Shown: positions 38,430-47,241 of the stretch, in pieces
Layout of the letters: each line of letters opens with the position of its first letter
Numbering within the stretch: the first letter of the stretch is position 1
Origin: Lachnospiraceae bacterium
Lineage (GTDB): Bacteria > Bacillota > Clostridia > Lachnospirales > Lachnospiraceae
NCBI GenBank assembly: GCA_041855735.1
Contig: JBHAEV010000154.1
Span: 1 to 60,902, forward strand
Length of the DNA: 60,902 bases
Direction: 5' to 3'
The notes under the pieces: generated by a model
The model's input: only the letters and a program-made list of their open reading frames with translations
Told to the model about the DNA's origin: nothing
The model's database searches: none
Position numbers and translations under genes: made by a program

Positions 38430-39328
38430 CTTTCCCAATACCTCTTATTCATCGAAAAGAATCTGCAAACCGCTCTCGGCAATCTCTTATGGTTTTTTCC
38501 GAGCTGATATCCCAGATACTTGCATCCGCTGACATAAATCAGCCGAATCGCCTGATCGATGCGACGCATTCGAAGCAGATGTTTTAAATTCCCCATCACC
38601 ATGGCCTTGCCTTCGCTCTCGCTCTTCATTTTTCCGAAAACTTTCGGAAAATCCGCCTGATTGGATCCGATGTCAAAGTTTCGAGTCAGCTGCTGCCATC
38701 CGCTGTAATTATGAGAATGAATCACCACGGCTTTTGACGCATAAAAAACGGCATGGCCGGAGTGAATGACCGCATGGGCATATATCATATCCTCATTCAA
38801 GATCAGATTCTCATGAAATCCGCCCAGTTTCTCAAAAACATCCCGCCTGAAACAGGCGCAGACATTGGACGCAAAATACAGCTTGATTCCCAAACGCTTG
38901 GCATCCGCCGAAGTTTTTCTATCATCGACATTCGGATAATTGTGACTTCTCGTGTATTTCTCGATCGGATTCGCATCCTCTCTCGGAATTTGTCTCCCAT
39001 AGCTGATCGCCACCATTTCGTCCTGAAACGGTTTGAGCAGTTCCTCAATCAAGAATCGGTTTTTCGGCACGGCATCCTGTGTCATACAGATGAAATATTC
39101 CGATGATGTACAAGAAATCGCCCGGTTTCTGGTTGCTCCGTGGTCGAATTCCTCTTTCCTGATGAATATGACCTCCACGTTCTTCGGCATGGCCGCATTC
39201 AGAAACTCCTCACCGGTGTTGATGATCACGATTTTCTTCGGAACAATGGTTTGTTCATTCAGACGCCGGATCAGTTCCGACAAGGAAGAATCCGGTTTAT
39301 AACTCGGAATGATGATGTCAACGTTCAT
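38426..39328 (-). CDS. family 2 glycosyltransferase (rhamnosyltransferase-like)
   Basis: MNVDIIIPSYKPD... with a GT-A fold pattern. First gene after the consensus promoter at 39407-39435. Confidence 0.8.
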   Translation of the reverse strand: MNVDIIIPSYKPDSSLSELIRRLNEQTIVPKKIVIINTGEEFLNAAMPKNVEVIFIRKEEFDHGATRNRAISCTSSEYFICMTQDAVPKNRFLIEELLKPFQDEMVAISYGRQIPREDANPIEKYTRSHNYPNVDDRKTSADAKRLGIKLYFASNVCACFRRDVFEKLGGFHENLILNEDMIYAHAVIHSGHAVFYASKAVVIHSHNYSGWQQLTRNFDIGSNQADFPKVFGKMKSESEGKAMVMGNLKHLLRMRRIDQAIRLIYVSGCKYLGYQLGKNHKRLPRAVCRFFSMNKRYWER

Positions 39329-39406
39329 GTTCCCTCCCGCTTGCAGACTTTTATCCCTTTTTACAGAATCCGATTTTGACCGATTATGCCATGTCTGCCT
39401 GAAAAA

Positions 39407-39435
39407 ATTATAAACGGCATACGATATTGTGTCAA
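39407..39435 (-). promoter_or_regulatory. consensus sigmaA promoter TTGACA-17-TATAAT
   Basis: On the minus strand the -35 is at 39430-39435 and the -10 at 39407-39412, about 80 nt upstream of the GT2 ATG at 39328. Confidence 0.65.
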
Positions 39436-39448
39436 ATCAAAAGCACCA

Positions 39449-39485
39449 CGTTTCATCCGTCGGGCAAAACATTCCGTTTCATCCG
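39449..39485. promoter_or_regulatory. direct repeat CGGATGAAACG x2 (26-nt period) just upstream of the -35
   Basis: Exact 11-mers at 39449-39459 and 39475-39485 (the sequence given is the minus-strand reading). Confidence 0.4.
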
Positions 39486-39554
39486 CATACGGAAAAAGCC
39501 GCATTCCCCCTTTTCAGCAAGGAAATGCAGCCTTCTCTTTCATCAATTCCAATC

Positions 39555-39596
39555 AAAAAACAAAGCCTCTTATTCCGTAAAATTACTTCGGAATAA
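39555..39596 (-). terminator. terminator hairpin overlapping the stop of the 30-aa ORF
   Basis: Minus strand reads TTATTCCG-AAGTAATTTTA-CGGAATAA followed by GAGGCTTTGTTTTTTGA. Confidence 0.55.
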
Positions 39597-39675
39597 TCTC
39601 CGCTATTTTAACCGCTGTTTCAATCAACAGCTTCAAAATGCCGATCACGGCTGAAAATATAGCATACCAACTCAT
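39583..39675 (-). CDS. candidate 30-aa hydrophobic/amphipathic peptide MSWYAIFSAVIGILKLLIETAVKIAEIIPK
   Basis: SD AAGGAGA lies 8 nt upstream of the ATG at 39675. A terminator hairpin overlaps the stop. The ORF sits alone in a 700-bp AT-rich gap. Confidence 0.4.
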   Translation of the reverse strand: MSWYAIFSAVIGILKLLIETAVKIAEIIPK

Positions 39676-40035
39676 ACTCAAACTCTCCTTGTGTTCTGTA
39701 GTAGTAGTTTTTTTGACCCTCTCCAAGGTCCTTTTGCCATGAATCCGACCCTTCCATTTCGACCGCGATCCATAAGCTTTGTTCGGATTTTGAAATGCAA
39801 TTCGCCAAAAATCTACAATTTTTATCGATAACTGTATTTTATGCATCGAACTGTCTATCAAAATCTGTAAGTAAATATATCATCTTTGTAAAAATTTGTC
39901 TATACTGTAAACGATATCATAGATAAAATATCCATTTTTATTAAAAATGAACAGATGTCTATTTATTTTTTCAACATTTTGACAAAATTAATATCCCAAG
40001 CGGATTTTTTTCGGCATTCGATACCAAAATTTTCG

Positions 40036-41331
40036 TTACCTATTCCGACCCGCTCCGCATTTCTCTGCTCTCCCGAACCCGAACACATATCGCCCCACAA
40101 ACATCATCATCATCACAAACATCACCAGTACATAGCTGAGCGCGGCACCGAACAATCCGCCTCGTCGAACCATATGCATGCACACAAAATACGCCATAAC
40201 CGTGCCGATGAGATAAATCACAAAGATACTTCCCTTTCGTTTGAGAATCACCAGCGCATAATAAATCAAATTCAGTATCGCATAAAATCCTCCGCCGAGA
40301 ATAACCAAAACCAGCGGAATCCGCAGGGATCTCAACACCTCGACCGCCGATTCCCCGAGCAGCACCTCCAGTACCGGAATCCCGAACAGATATGCCGCTC
40401 CCATTCCGAGTGCGGTAAGGGCGGCAATCATCGCCGATATCTTCAGCACCAGGGAGCGAAACTCCCGGATTCTGCCCTGTTCAAAGTCCAGGGACAGCTT
40501 GGTCAATACCGGACGAATGATAAATCCCGCCATCAAATTGATGATGGATGTCGGTATGAATATTATGCTGAAATAGGCATTGGCTTCCTCTCCCAAAAAA
40601 TCATTTACGGCAAACTTCGCCGCCGCAAAGATGTAAAGATCCAAAAAGGAGGAGATAAAAAGCCATTTTGCGGAATGAAACAAGGCCGAAACGGACTGTG
40701 CGACGGATCGCGAAACCTCCCGCACGGCATGTCCGGCAGAAGCATCCGGCACATCTGAAAAGTCCTTGTAATTTCGCAGCAAATATCCGGCAAATCCGGC
40801 CGCCAATGCCAAAGGCAAAGTCAATGACGAAATCAACAGACTTTTTGTCACCGTTAAAACAACAATGAACACTCCCAAAGAAAACACGGTTCGCACCAAA
40901 AGGCTCTGCCCGGTTTTGTAGAGTTTTCCCCGCCTTTGAAATTCCGACTCCATACAGTCGATCACTCCGTCCCCGACCTTGTACGCAATGATCGCCAGAT
41001 AGACCGTAAACCGGTAGGAATCATCGGCAAACATCAAAGAGTACAGAACTCCGCAGAGCATTGCCAAAGCGGATGTCAGAATCCGAAAACGCAGATACTC
41101 GAAAAAGGAATGCTCAAATCCGGTGTCCGTCACCTGGATGGGTCGCATTCCGAAATAAGCGATGATATATAATTGCTGACCGAGGGTGGAAAAGGCGAAG
41201 AAAAAGATCCCGCCCATCACATCCCCGACGATTCGGGTCACAACAATCCCCAGAACCATACTGGAAATCGCATAGACCATACTTCCGATCATATTCCAGA
41301 TGAGATTTTTTTTATTGAATTCATTTCCCAT
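40036..41331 (-). CDS. polysaccharide flippase-like MOP/Wzx-family membrane protein
   Basis: 431 aa, about 12 TM helices, located in the glycan locus. The start overlaps the ATP-grasp gene by 11 nt. Confidence 0.7.
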   Translation of the reverse strand: MGNEFNKKNLIWNMIGSMVYAISSMVLGIVVTRIVGDVMGGIFFFAFSTLGQQLYIIAYFGMRPIQVTDTGFEHSFFEYLRFRILTSALAMLCGVLYSLMFADDSYRFTVYLAIIAYKVGDGVIDCMESEFQRRGKLYKTGQSLLVRTVFSLGVFIVVLTVTKSLLISSLTLPLALAAGFAGYLLRNYKDFSDVPDASAGHAVREVSRSVAQSVSALFHSAKWLFISSFLDLYIFAAAKFAVNDFLGEEANAYFSIIFIPTSIINLMAGFIIRPVLTKLSLDFEQGRIREFRSLVLKISAMIAALTALGMGAAYLFGIPVLEVLLGESAVEVLRSLRIPLVLVILGGGFYAILNLIYYALVILKRKGSIFVIYLIGTVMAYFVCMHMVRRGGLFGAALSYVLVMFVMMMMFVGRYVFGFGRAEKCGAGRNR

Positions 41332-42382
41332 AATTTCGTTTCACACAATCCGGATCCGACATGTTTTCGGTTTCCATTTCCACAATCTGAATGTCTTTGG
41401 CAAAGGTCATTCCGCATTTTGCGCGAAAGCAGCCGTCCTCCGCCTTTTCCCCTCTTGCCCACGCCAGTATGGCTCTCGGCAAATTTACACCTGCCATATG
41501 GGAAAACGGATATCCGCCTCCGAATCTGGCATTCATATCGATGATATAGTATTTTTTGTCCGACAGGATGACATCCATATCCAGATTTCCGATGTGCTTC
41601 AAATTCTCTGCCACCAAATGGCCGATCTTCTCCAAATCGCCGTTTTCCACAATTTTCGCAATATCCGTTTCTCCGGCACGCATGGCGATTTTTTCCCGCA
41701 CAATCGTCGTCACATAATTTCCGTCCAAATCATTGATGACATCCAGCCCGAACTCCCTACCCCTTATCTTTTCCTGAATCAGCACGCAATGCTCCCGATC
41801 CGATTCGGCTTCAAACCGCAAATAGGATTTCTCGATATCCCGCTTCGCCTTGCGATACAACACCCTCAGCTCCTCCGGACTTTTTGCATCATACATCGCC
41901 AGAGAACCCATGCCCCAGCGCGGCTTTACCAAAACCTCCGCTCCCGAAAGCATTCTCTCTTGAATCCCGATATCATCCGCATCGATCGTTGTTTCCGGTA
42001 CCGGAAGTCCGATTTTATACAAAAACTCCTGCATTTTCCATTTGTCATTGCAGATCGAAATGGCCGCTTCACCGGATACCGCGAGCTTCACTCCGATTTT
42101 TTCGAACTCTTCTCTGTGCTTTGCCAAAACCGGCAAATCGGCATCAAAAAGAGAAATCAGCAACGAAACCTTCTCCTTTCTGCATACATCCAGCAAAAAT
42201 AAGATATACTCCCCGTCTTTCGCATAAATCATCGGCGTCTGATAGCATACATCCGCCCTTATCATGGCTGTGGTCCGGATATCCGAATTGCAGGCGATGA
42301 CTTTTCCACCGTCTTTCAATTCTTTCTTGAAATAATCCACAAGATAACCCCTTCTGCCCACAGAAGTCAGACAAACATTCAT
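41321..42382 (-). CDS. ATP-grasp domain protein
   Basis: ATP-grasp pattern: ...VLVKPRWGMGS..., ...VLIQEKIRGREFGLDV..., ...DMDVILSDKKYYIIDMNARFGGGYP. I prefer the ATG at 42382 to the GTG at 42409. Confidence 0.8.
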   Translation of the reverse strand: MNVCLTSVGRRGYLVDYFKKELKDGGKVIACNSDIRTTAMIRADVCYQTPMIYAKDGEYILFLLDVCRKEKVSLLISLFDADLPVLAKHREEFEKIGVKLAVSGEAAISICNDKWKMQEFLYKIGLPVPETTIDADDIGIQERMLSGAEVLVKPRWGMGSLAMYDAKSPEELRVLYRKAKRDIEKSYLRFEAESDREHCVLIQEKIRGREFGLDVINDLDGNYVTTIVREKIAMRAGETDIAKIVENGDLEKIGHLVAENLKHIGNLDMDVILSDKKYYIIDMNARFGGGYPFSHMAGVNLPRAILAWARGEKAEDGCFRAKCGMTFAKDIQIVEMETENMSDPDCVKRNYGK

Positions 42383-42397
42383 TTCTTTCCCGATTCC

Positions 42398-42521
42398 TCT
42401 CTTTTTCACTTTTCCGAAATGGCCGTCGCACCCGCTTTTTCCTTCCGGGTCGGTGCGTCACTTCCGCTTTTTCACGTTCCGGGCCGGAATATCGCATCCG
42501 CCTTTTCACCTTCCGAGCCGG
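42398..42521 (-). repeat. intercistronic tandem repeat, about 4 copies with a 32-34-nt period
   Basis: The plus-strand units contain GCTTTTTC(A)C(G)TTCCGGGYCGG. Anchor positions are 42401, 42434, 42466 and 42500. The last copy overlaps the DegT stop. Confidence 0.8.
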
Positions 42522-43618
42522 CACATCACATCCGCAATTTCGTCGATGACCTCCCGCTCCAAATCCGGATAAATCGGCAATGTAATCACCTGTCTGGAAA
42601 CCTTCCTTGCGATCGGCGTAAGGTTTGCGTCATAGTCCTGTTTATAACAATCCAGCTCATTGATGCAGGGATAAAAATACTTTCTGGCTATGATATTCCT
42701 TTTGCAAAGTGCCGCAAACAGATCATCTCTGGTAAAACCGCTCTTCTCTTCCAAAATCCGTACCGGCATATAGGCATAATTATAGCGAATATCTTCCCGA
42801 TAATCATTCATCACAATCCCCGGCACAATGCTCAGCTTCTCCTTGTAATATCGGGTCAATGCTTCTCTTTTTTCCCGATTTTCCTCGACATGGCGCAGAT
42901 TGCAAAGTCCCATAACCGCCTGAAATTCATTCATTTTTGCATTTCCGCCCACATACAGCGTGGTTTCCTGATCGGCAATCCCGAAGTTCTTGAGATAGTC
43001 CAAATGCCGGCGCAAGGTCCGGTTCGATGTCGTAACCGCACCGCCTTCAATCGTATTGTACACCTTGGTCGCATGGAAGCTGAACATGGAAGCATCGCCG
43101 AAATTTCCCACTCCGATTCCCTTATACGTTTCCCCGAAAGTATGCGCCGCATCGTAAATCACCTTCAGATTGTGCTTCCTTGCAATTCGATCAATCTCCT
43201 CCACATCACACAGATTTCCGTACACATGAACAGGGAGGATGGCTGTGGTTTTGTCCGTAATCAGACTCTCGATTTTTGCGGGATCCATGGTATAATCACT
43301 TTCTCTGATATCGCAAAACACCGGTTTTAAATTGTTGCGGACAATGGCATGGGTTGTCGACACGAAGCTGAACGGCGTGGTAATCACTTCTCCGCAAAGT
43401 TCCATCCCCTGAATCAACATCTCCAGTCCGAGATGTCCGTTCGCAAACAGCACCAGCTCCTTGACATCCAGAAAGCCGGTAAGTTCTTCTTCCAATTTTC
43501 GATGATTCTCTCCCATGTTGGTCAGCCATGCACTGTCCCAGACCGGCTTTAACATTTCCACATATTCTTCCATCGGCGGCAAGGTTGATTTTGTCACCAA
43601 AACAGGTTTTTTTCTCAT
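42506..43618 (-). CDS. DegT/DnrJ/EryC1/StrS-family sugar aminotransferase
   Basis: 370 aa with the family pattern ...GDASMFSFHATKVYNTIEGG... (PLP Lys context). Confidence 0.9.
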   Translation of the reverse strand: MRKKPVLVTKSTLPPMEEYVEMLKPVWDSAWLTNMGENHRKLEEELTGFLDVKELVLFANGHLGLEMLIQGMELCGEVITTPFSFVSTTHAIVRNNLKPVFCDIRESDYTMDPAKIESLITDKTTAILPVHVYGNLCDVEEIDRIARKHNLKVIYDAAHTFGETYKGIGVGNFGDASMFSFHATKVYNTIEGGAVTTSNRTLRRHLDYLKNFGIADQETTLYVGGNAKMNEFQAVMGLCNLRHVEENREKREALTRYYKEKLSIVPGIVMNDYREDIRYNYAYMPVRILEEKSGFTRDDLFAALCKRNIIARKYFYPCINELDCYKQDYDANLTPIARKVSRQVITLPIYPDLEREVIDEIADVMCRLGR

Positions 43619-43648
43619 TTTCCACTTCCTTTTGCTCCGGTACGCCCA

Positions 43649-45085
43649 CTACTTTGCCCTGTTTCGCACCAGATTGATCAATGTTTGTAAACTCGCATTC
43701 CGCGTAAGCATTGCCGACACGACATACCATACTCCGCCCGATATGATTTGCAAAAGCAGACTGATGCCGCCTTTTTGCATCATACCCGATACGAAGTAAA
43801 CCACCGCCCCCATGATCAGAGATATGGCAACGGTCGGCAACAAATCTCTCCACTGTTCCAAAATACTGTAGTTCAGAAATTTACGATTCGGGGCCGCATT
43901 CACAAAGGTGCAGAGGAAATCGGCAAAAGCCTTGAGTGCAATCATCCAAATCGCTCCTCCCGTCATACCGAGCAGCAGCACAATGACTCCGATCAGCTTT
44001 TTGACAATCTCCAGCTTTAAAAACACATCACTTCTTCCGATGGCATTCAATGCCTGTAAGTTTGCGATATGAATCGGCCAAAAGGAATAGGCAATGCACA
44101 TCAGTCTTAAAAATATCACGCTCCCGCTCCATTTTTCCCCCAATAACACAAAGACCAGATTGTCGGCAATCCCGAATAATCCCGCCATCATCGGAAGCAC
44201 CAGAAACGAGCTCATGGTGATGGAATTACGAAGAAGCTCCTTGACCTTTTTTTTGTCATCCTGAAAGCCGGACATCACCGGCAGCATCACGGACTGAATG
44301 GCGGCACCGATATTGGTCACCAGCAATTTCGGAAACTGCTCTCCCCTGTTGTAATTTCCCAAAGTGTCGTCGGAATAAATCTTTCCCATTGTCAGCCCCT
44401 GAATATTGGTAAAGATCGTATCCATCAAGGATGCCAGAAGCAATTTCCATCCGAAACCGAACAGGGATTTCAGCCTTTCAAAGTCCAAAATTTTCTTCGG
44501 CACCCATCTCACGGTCAGAAAGAGCATGAACATCAGGGAAAAATAATAGAAAATCTGCTGATACACCAAAGCCCATACCCCGAAACCTCGCAAAGCCATC
44601 AAAATGCTGATTCCGCCGGAAATGACGGCGGCAATCAATGTGGAGACAAACAGTTTTCGAAATGCCATACTCCGCGCGATCATGGCATTTTGTACCGAAA
44701 TGACCGCTCCCGGAAAAACCACAATCCCCATTACCCGCAACACATCCGTCAGGATCTCCATCCGGTAAAAGGAGGCAAGAAGGGGCGCAAGGAAGAAAAT
44801 CACGACATACACCATTGCGGAAGTGAAAAGACTCAAAAAGAATACCGAGGAAAAATCTCTCTCATCCGTATTTTTCTTCTGAATCAAAGCCGTTCCGAAG
44901 CCGCTTTGCACCAATACATTGGCGATTGTAATAAAAATCATGATCAATGCAAGAATGCCGTATTCCTTCGGGGACAAAAGCCTTGCCAGAATAATCGACA
45001 CAACGAACTGAACCCCCTGTGAGCCGCCGTTTTCCAGCACCTTCCAAAACAGGCCGGACACAATGGATTTTTGATTGCTTTCCAT
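43649..45085 (-). CDS. Wzx/PST-family polysaccharide flippase
   Basis: 478 aa, about 14 TM helices. The N-terminus ...GLFWKVLENGGSQGVQFVVSIILARLLSPKEYG is typical of PST flippases. Confidence 0.8.
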   Translation of the reverse strand: MESNQKSIVSGLFWKVLENGGSQGVQFVVSIILARLLSPKEYGILALIMIFITIANVLVQSGFGTALIQKKNTDERDFSSVFFLSLFTSAMVYVVIFFLAPLLASFYRMEILTDVLRVMGIVVFPGAVISVQNAMIARSMAFRKLFVSTLIAAVISGGISILMALRGFGVWALVYQQIFYYFSLMFMLFLTVRWVPKKILDFERLKSLFGFGWKLLLASLMDTIFTNIQGLTMGKIYSDDTLGNYNRGEQFPKLLVTNIGAAIQSVMLPVMSGFQDDKKKVKELLRNSITMSSFLVLPMMAGLFGIADNLVFVLLGEKWSGSVIFLRLMCIAYSFWPIHIANLQALNAIGRSDVFLKLEIVKKLIGVIVLLLGMTGGAIWMIALKAFADFLCTFVNAAPNRKFLNYSILEQWRDLLPTVAISLIMGAVVYFVSGMMQKGGISLLLQIISGGVWYVVSAMLTRNASLQTLINLVRNRAK

Positions 45086-45099
45086 GAACTACTCCTATG

Positions 45100-46236
45100 T
45101 TAAATGCTGAATAACTGCCCCAATGTCATCATAAACCGGCTCTTAAAAAAACGATTCCGAAAAATGCAAAGAATCTTTCCGAGCCGGCTGCGACCTTGCA
45201 GGCTTAAAAATTCCTTCAATATTCGATACCTTCGCTCCAAGGTCTTTTCCGTTTTTTTTGCCGGCTTTCGACTCTCATCCGCTTTGTCAATCGCATTTGC
45301 CGAATTGGCTCCTCGTATCGCATTCGCCGAATCTGTTTTTTGAATCGCATTTGCTTCCAGAATCTTTTCGATCCGTCCCGAAAACTTCAATATGCTTTCT
45401 GCCTGTGCAAACATTTCCCGGTAATGGTTTTGAATCGCCTCGTTTTCTTCCGCTGTGCGACACAACTTTCCCCGCACCGCCTGAAGAAATCCGGTTTTTT
45501 TTGCTCCCAGAGAATTGAATCCGTGCTGGCGGTACAAGGTCAGGTTTTCGTCCAAAAACTCGATTTCACCGTATACCCTCGCCAGAAGTGCCAGATACCA
45601 GTCATGCATCGGGGCATTCAAAGGCTCGAAGAAAATCCCCAGAAGAGCCGCATTCATCATCAGAGAATTTCCGGTTACGTCATTCTCCACCAGCAATTCA
45701 CACAGACGCTTCCCGCCGATTCCATGCCCCATCATTCTTTGCATACTCGGATGAATGGTTTGCAGATTTTCATCCACCACTTCCAGATCGCTGTAGACAA
45801 GAAGCGGCGTTGCTTTGCCGAATCGTTCTTCCATACGCCGCATCCGCTTTTGAAGTTTCTCCAGTTTATCCGCTTTCCACACATCATCCTGATCGGCAAA
45901 GATGATGTAATCCGGCTGTTTTTCGCCTGAAAAAACATTCTGCAAATCCCTTGCAGCTCTGTCCGGATTCTGCATATTTCCGATCGCATCTTTGAGGCGA
46001 CGCAGCATAAGAAAAAAGTTTCCCTTAGCACTGCCTGTAGGAAACTCATTTTGCATGCATATTATTTTTTCGGGATATTTATCTGCATAGGTACCGGCAA
46101 TGGTGAATGTTTGATCCGAGGAACCGTCGTCCTGGATGATCAGCCGGAATTCCTGCACCGTTTGGCGCAAAATCGATTCGATTTGTTCCCCGATATGCCT
46201 TTCCCCATTGTAGCTTGCCATTAATATTGTAATCAT
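45100..46236 (-). CDS. family 2 glycosyltransferase with repeat-containing C-terminal extension
   Basis: MITILMASYNGERHIGEQIESILRQT...IQDDGSSDQT. The C-terminal part carries SANAI 9-aa repeats. Confidence 0.8.
   Translation of the reverse strand: MITILMASYNGERHIGEQIESILRQTVQEFRLIIQDDGSSDQTFTIAGTYADKYPEKIICMQNEFPTGSAKGNFFLMLRRLKDAIGNMQNPDRAARDLQNVFSGEKQPDYIIFADQDDVWKADKLEKLQKRMRRMEERFGKATPLLVYSDLEVVDENLQTIHPSMQRMMGHGIGGKRLCELLVENDVTGNSLMMNAALLGIFFEPLNAPMHDWYLALLARVYGEIEFLDENLTLYRQHGFNSLGAKKTGFLQAVRGKLCRTAEENEAIQNHYREMFAQAESILKFSGRIEKILEANAIQKTDSANAIRGANSANAIDKADESRKPAKKTEKTLERRYRILKEFLSLQGRSRLGKILCIFRNRFFKSRFMMTLGQLFSI
45289..45360 (-). repeat. 27-nt in-frame tandem repeat (about 2.7 copies) inside the GT2 gene
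   Basis: ATCGCATT(T/C)GC(C)... recurs at 45290, 45317 and 45344. It encodes ANAIQKTDSANAIRGANSANAIDKA. Confidence 0.8.
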
Positions 46237-46323
46237 TTTCCGACTCTTTTGCCCTTCTCAAATCCGTCCTGAAACCGCCGCCCCGATATTTCGCCGGTCA
46301 TCGCCATGCTTTCGCATCGGCTC

Positions 46324-47241
46324 TTATCTCTTCCATGCCGCATACAACAGATCCTCCCACTCCACAATCTTATAAAACAAGCGGGAAAACAGTCGCCCGA
46401 AGAAACCGACTTTTTGATATTTTTTAAAGTAAAACAACGAAGATTTCGCCCGAAGCCGCTGCCGCTGCGCCATGGTCTTGTACGTCTTTTTGATGGTTAC
46501 GGAATGTCTGTGGATATAATGCCCTTTCAGATACAGGGCGCTCTTGTATCCGAATGCCTTTAATTTCTGTCCGAGAATGCTCTCTTCCATGTACAAAAAC
46601 ACTTCCTTGTCATATCCTCCGACCTCCAGAATCTTATACACGTCGCAGACATAGAGCGCACCGACCAATGCATCCACGGCAACACAATCCCGTCCCGCGA
46701 ACCGCTCTCTCGGGTAGTGCAGATATTTTTGGAAAATGCGTCTTGAAACCGGACCGGATTCCATCAACTCATGAATCCATGAACGAATCGGAAAGGCAGT
46801 GGCACCGTGCAGGGCATGTTCCCTTGTTCCCGGTGTATTCACGGGATCCGACAGCTTGTACTTCGGATCGACCATCACCGGCGCAATCATCGCCAGATCC
46901 GGATGCCGGATTAATTTTTTTACAAGGCAGGAAACCAGTCCATCCGCGATTTCGGTGTCCGGATTCAACACAAGCGCATGCTGCGCTCCCATCTTTGCCG
47001 CGGTAATCAGACCGATATTATTCCCCACCCCGTATCCGTAATTAAACTCATTCTGCACCAGAATACAACGATCCAGATGCTTTGCCACAAAGTATTTCAA
47101 ACGTATTCCGGAATCGTCCGTGGACGCATTGTCCACCACAATCAGCCATTCCAAACTCCGATAATTCATCAATCGATTCAGTTGCTTCAAAGTAGTGTCG
47201 GCATCATTATAATTTAAAATGATTGCTACGGTTTTCATCAC
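46324..47241 (-). CDS. family 2 glycosyltransferase
   Basis: VAIILNYNDADTT...VVDNASTDDS motifs. 305 aa. Confidence 0.8.
   Translation of the reverse strand: MMKTVAIILNYNDADTTLKQLNRLMNYRSLEWLIVVDNASTDDSGIRLKYFVAKHLDRCILVQNEFNYGYGVGNNIGLITAAKMGAQHALVLNPDTEIADGLVSCLVKKLIRHPDLAMIAPVMVDPKYKLSDPVNTPGTREHALHGATAFPIRSWIHELMESGPVSRRIFQKYLHYPRERFAGRDCVAVDALVGALYVCDVYKILEVGGYDKEVFLYMEESILGQKLKAFGYKSALYLKGHYIHRHSVTIKKTYKTMAQRQRLRAKSSLFYFKKYQKVGFFGRLFSRLFYKIVEWEDLLYAAWKR

Noticed and set aside
39680-39740. PreQ1-I-like look (short hairpin GACC...GGTC followed by AAAAAAACTAC) in the leader of the 30-aa ORF
   Set aside because: The stem is only 4 bp, and the loop lacks the conserved nucleotides and the loop-tail pseudoknot complementarity. 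The downstream gene is unrelated to queuosine metabolism.
39583-39861. 92-aa minus-strand ORF from the ORF track
   Set aside because: The long form starts at a TTG without an SD, and its first 62 residues are basic and of low complexity. Only the last 30 codons are preceded by a strong AAGGAGA SD, so I report the 30-aa version instead (39583..39675).
41300-43330. 300-aa and 303-aa plus-strand ORFs (41300..42202 and 42419..43330)
   Set aside because: They are antisense to the ATP-grasp and DegT genes, both of which have clear family motifs. These ORFs have no SD and a biased composition.
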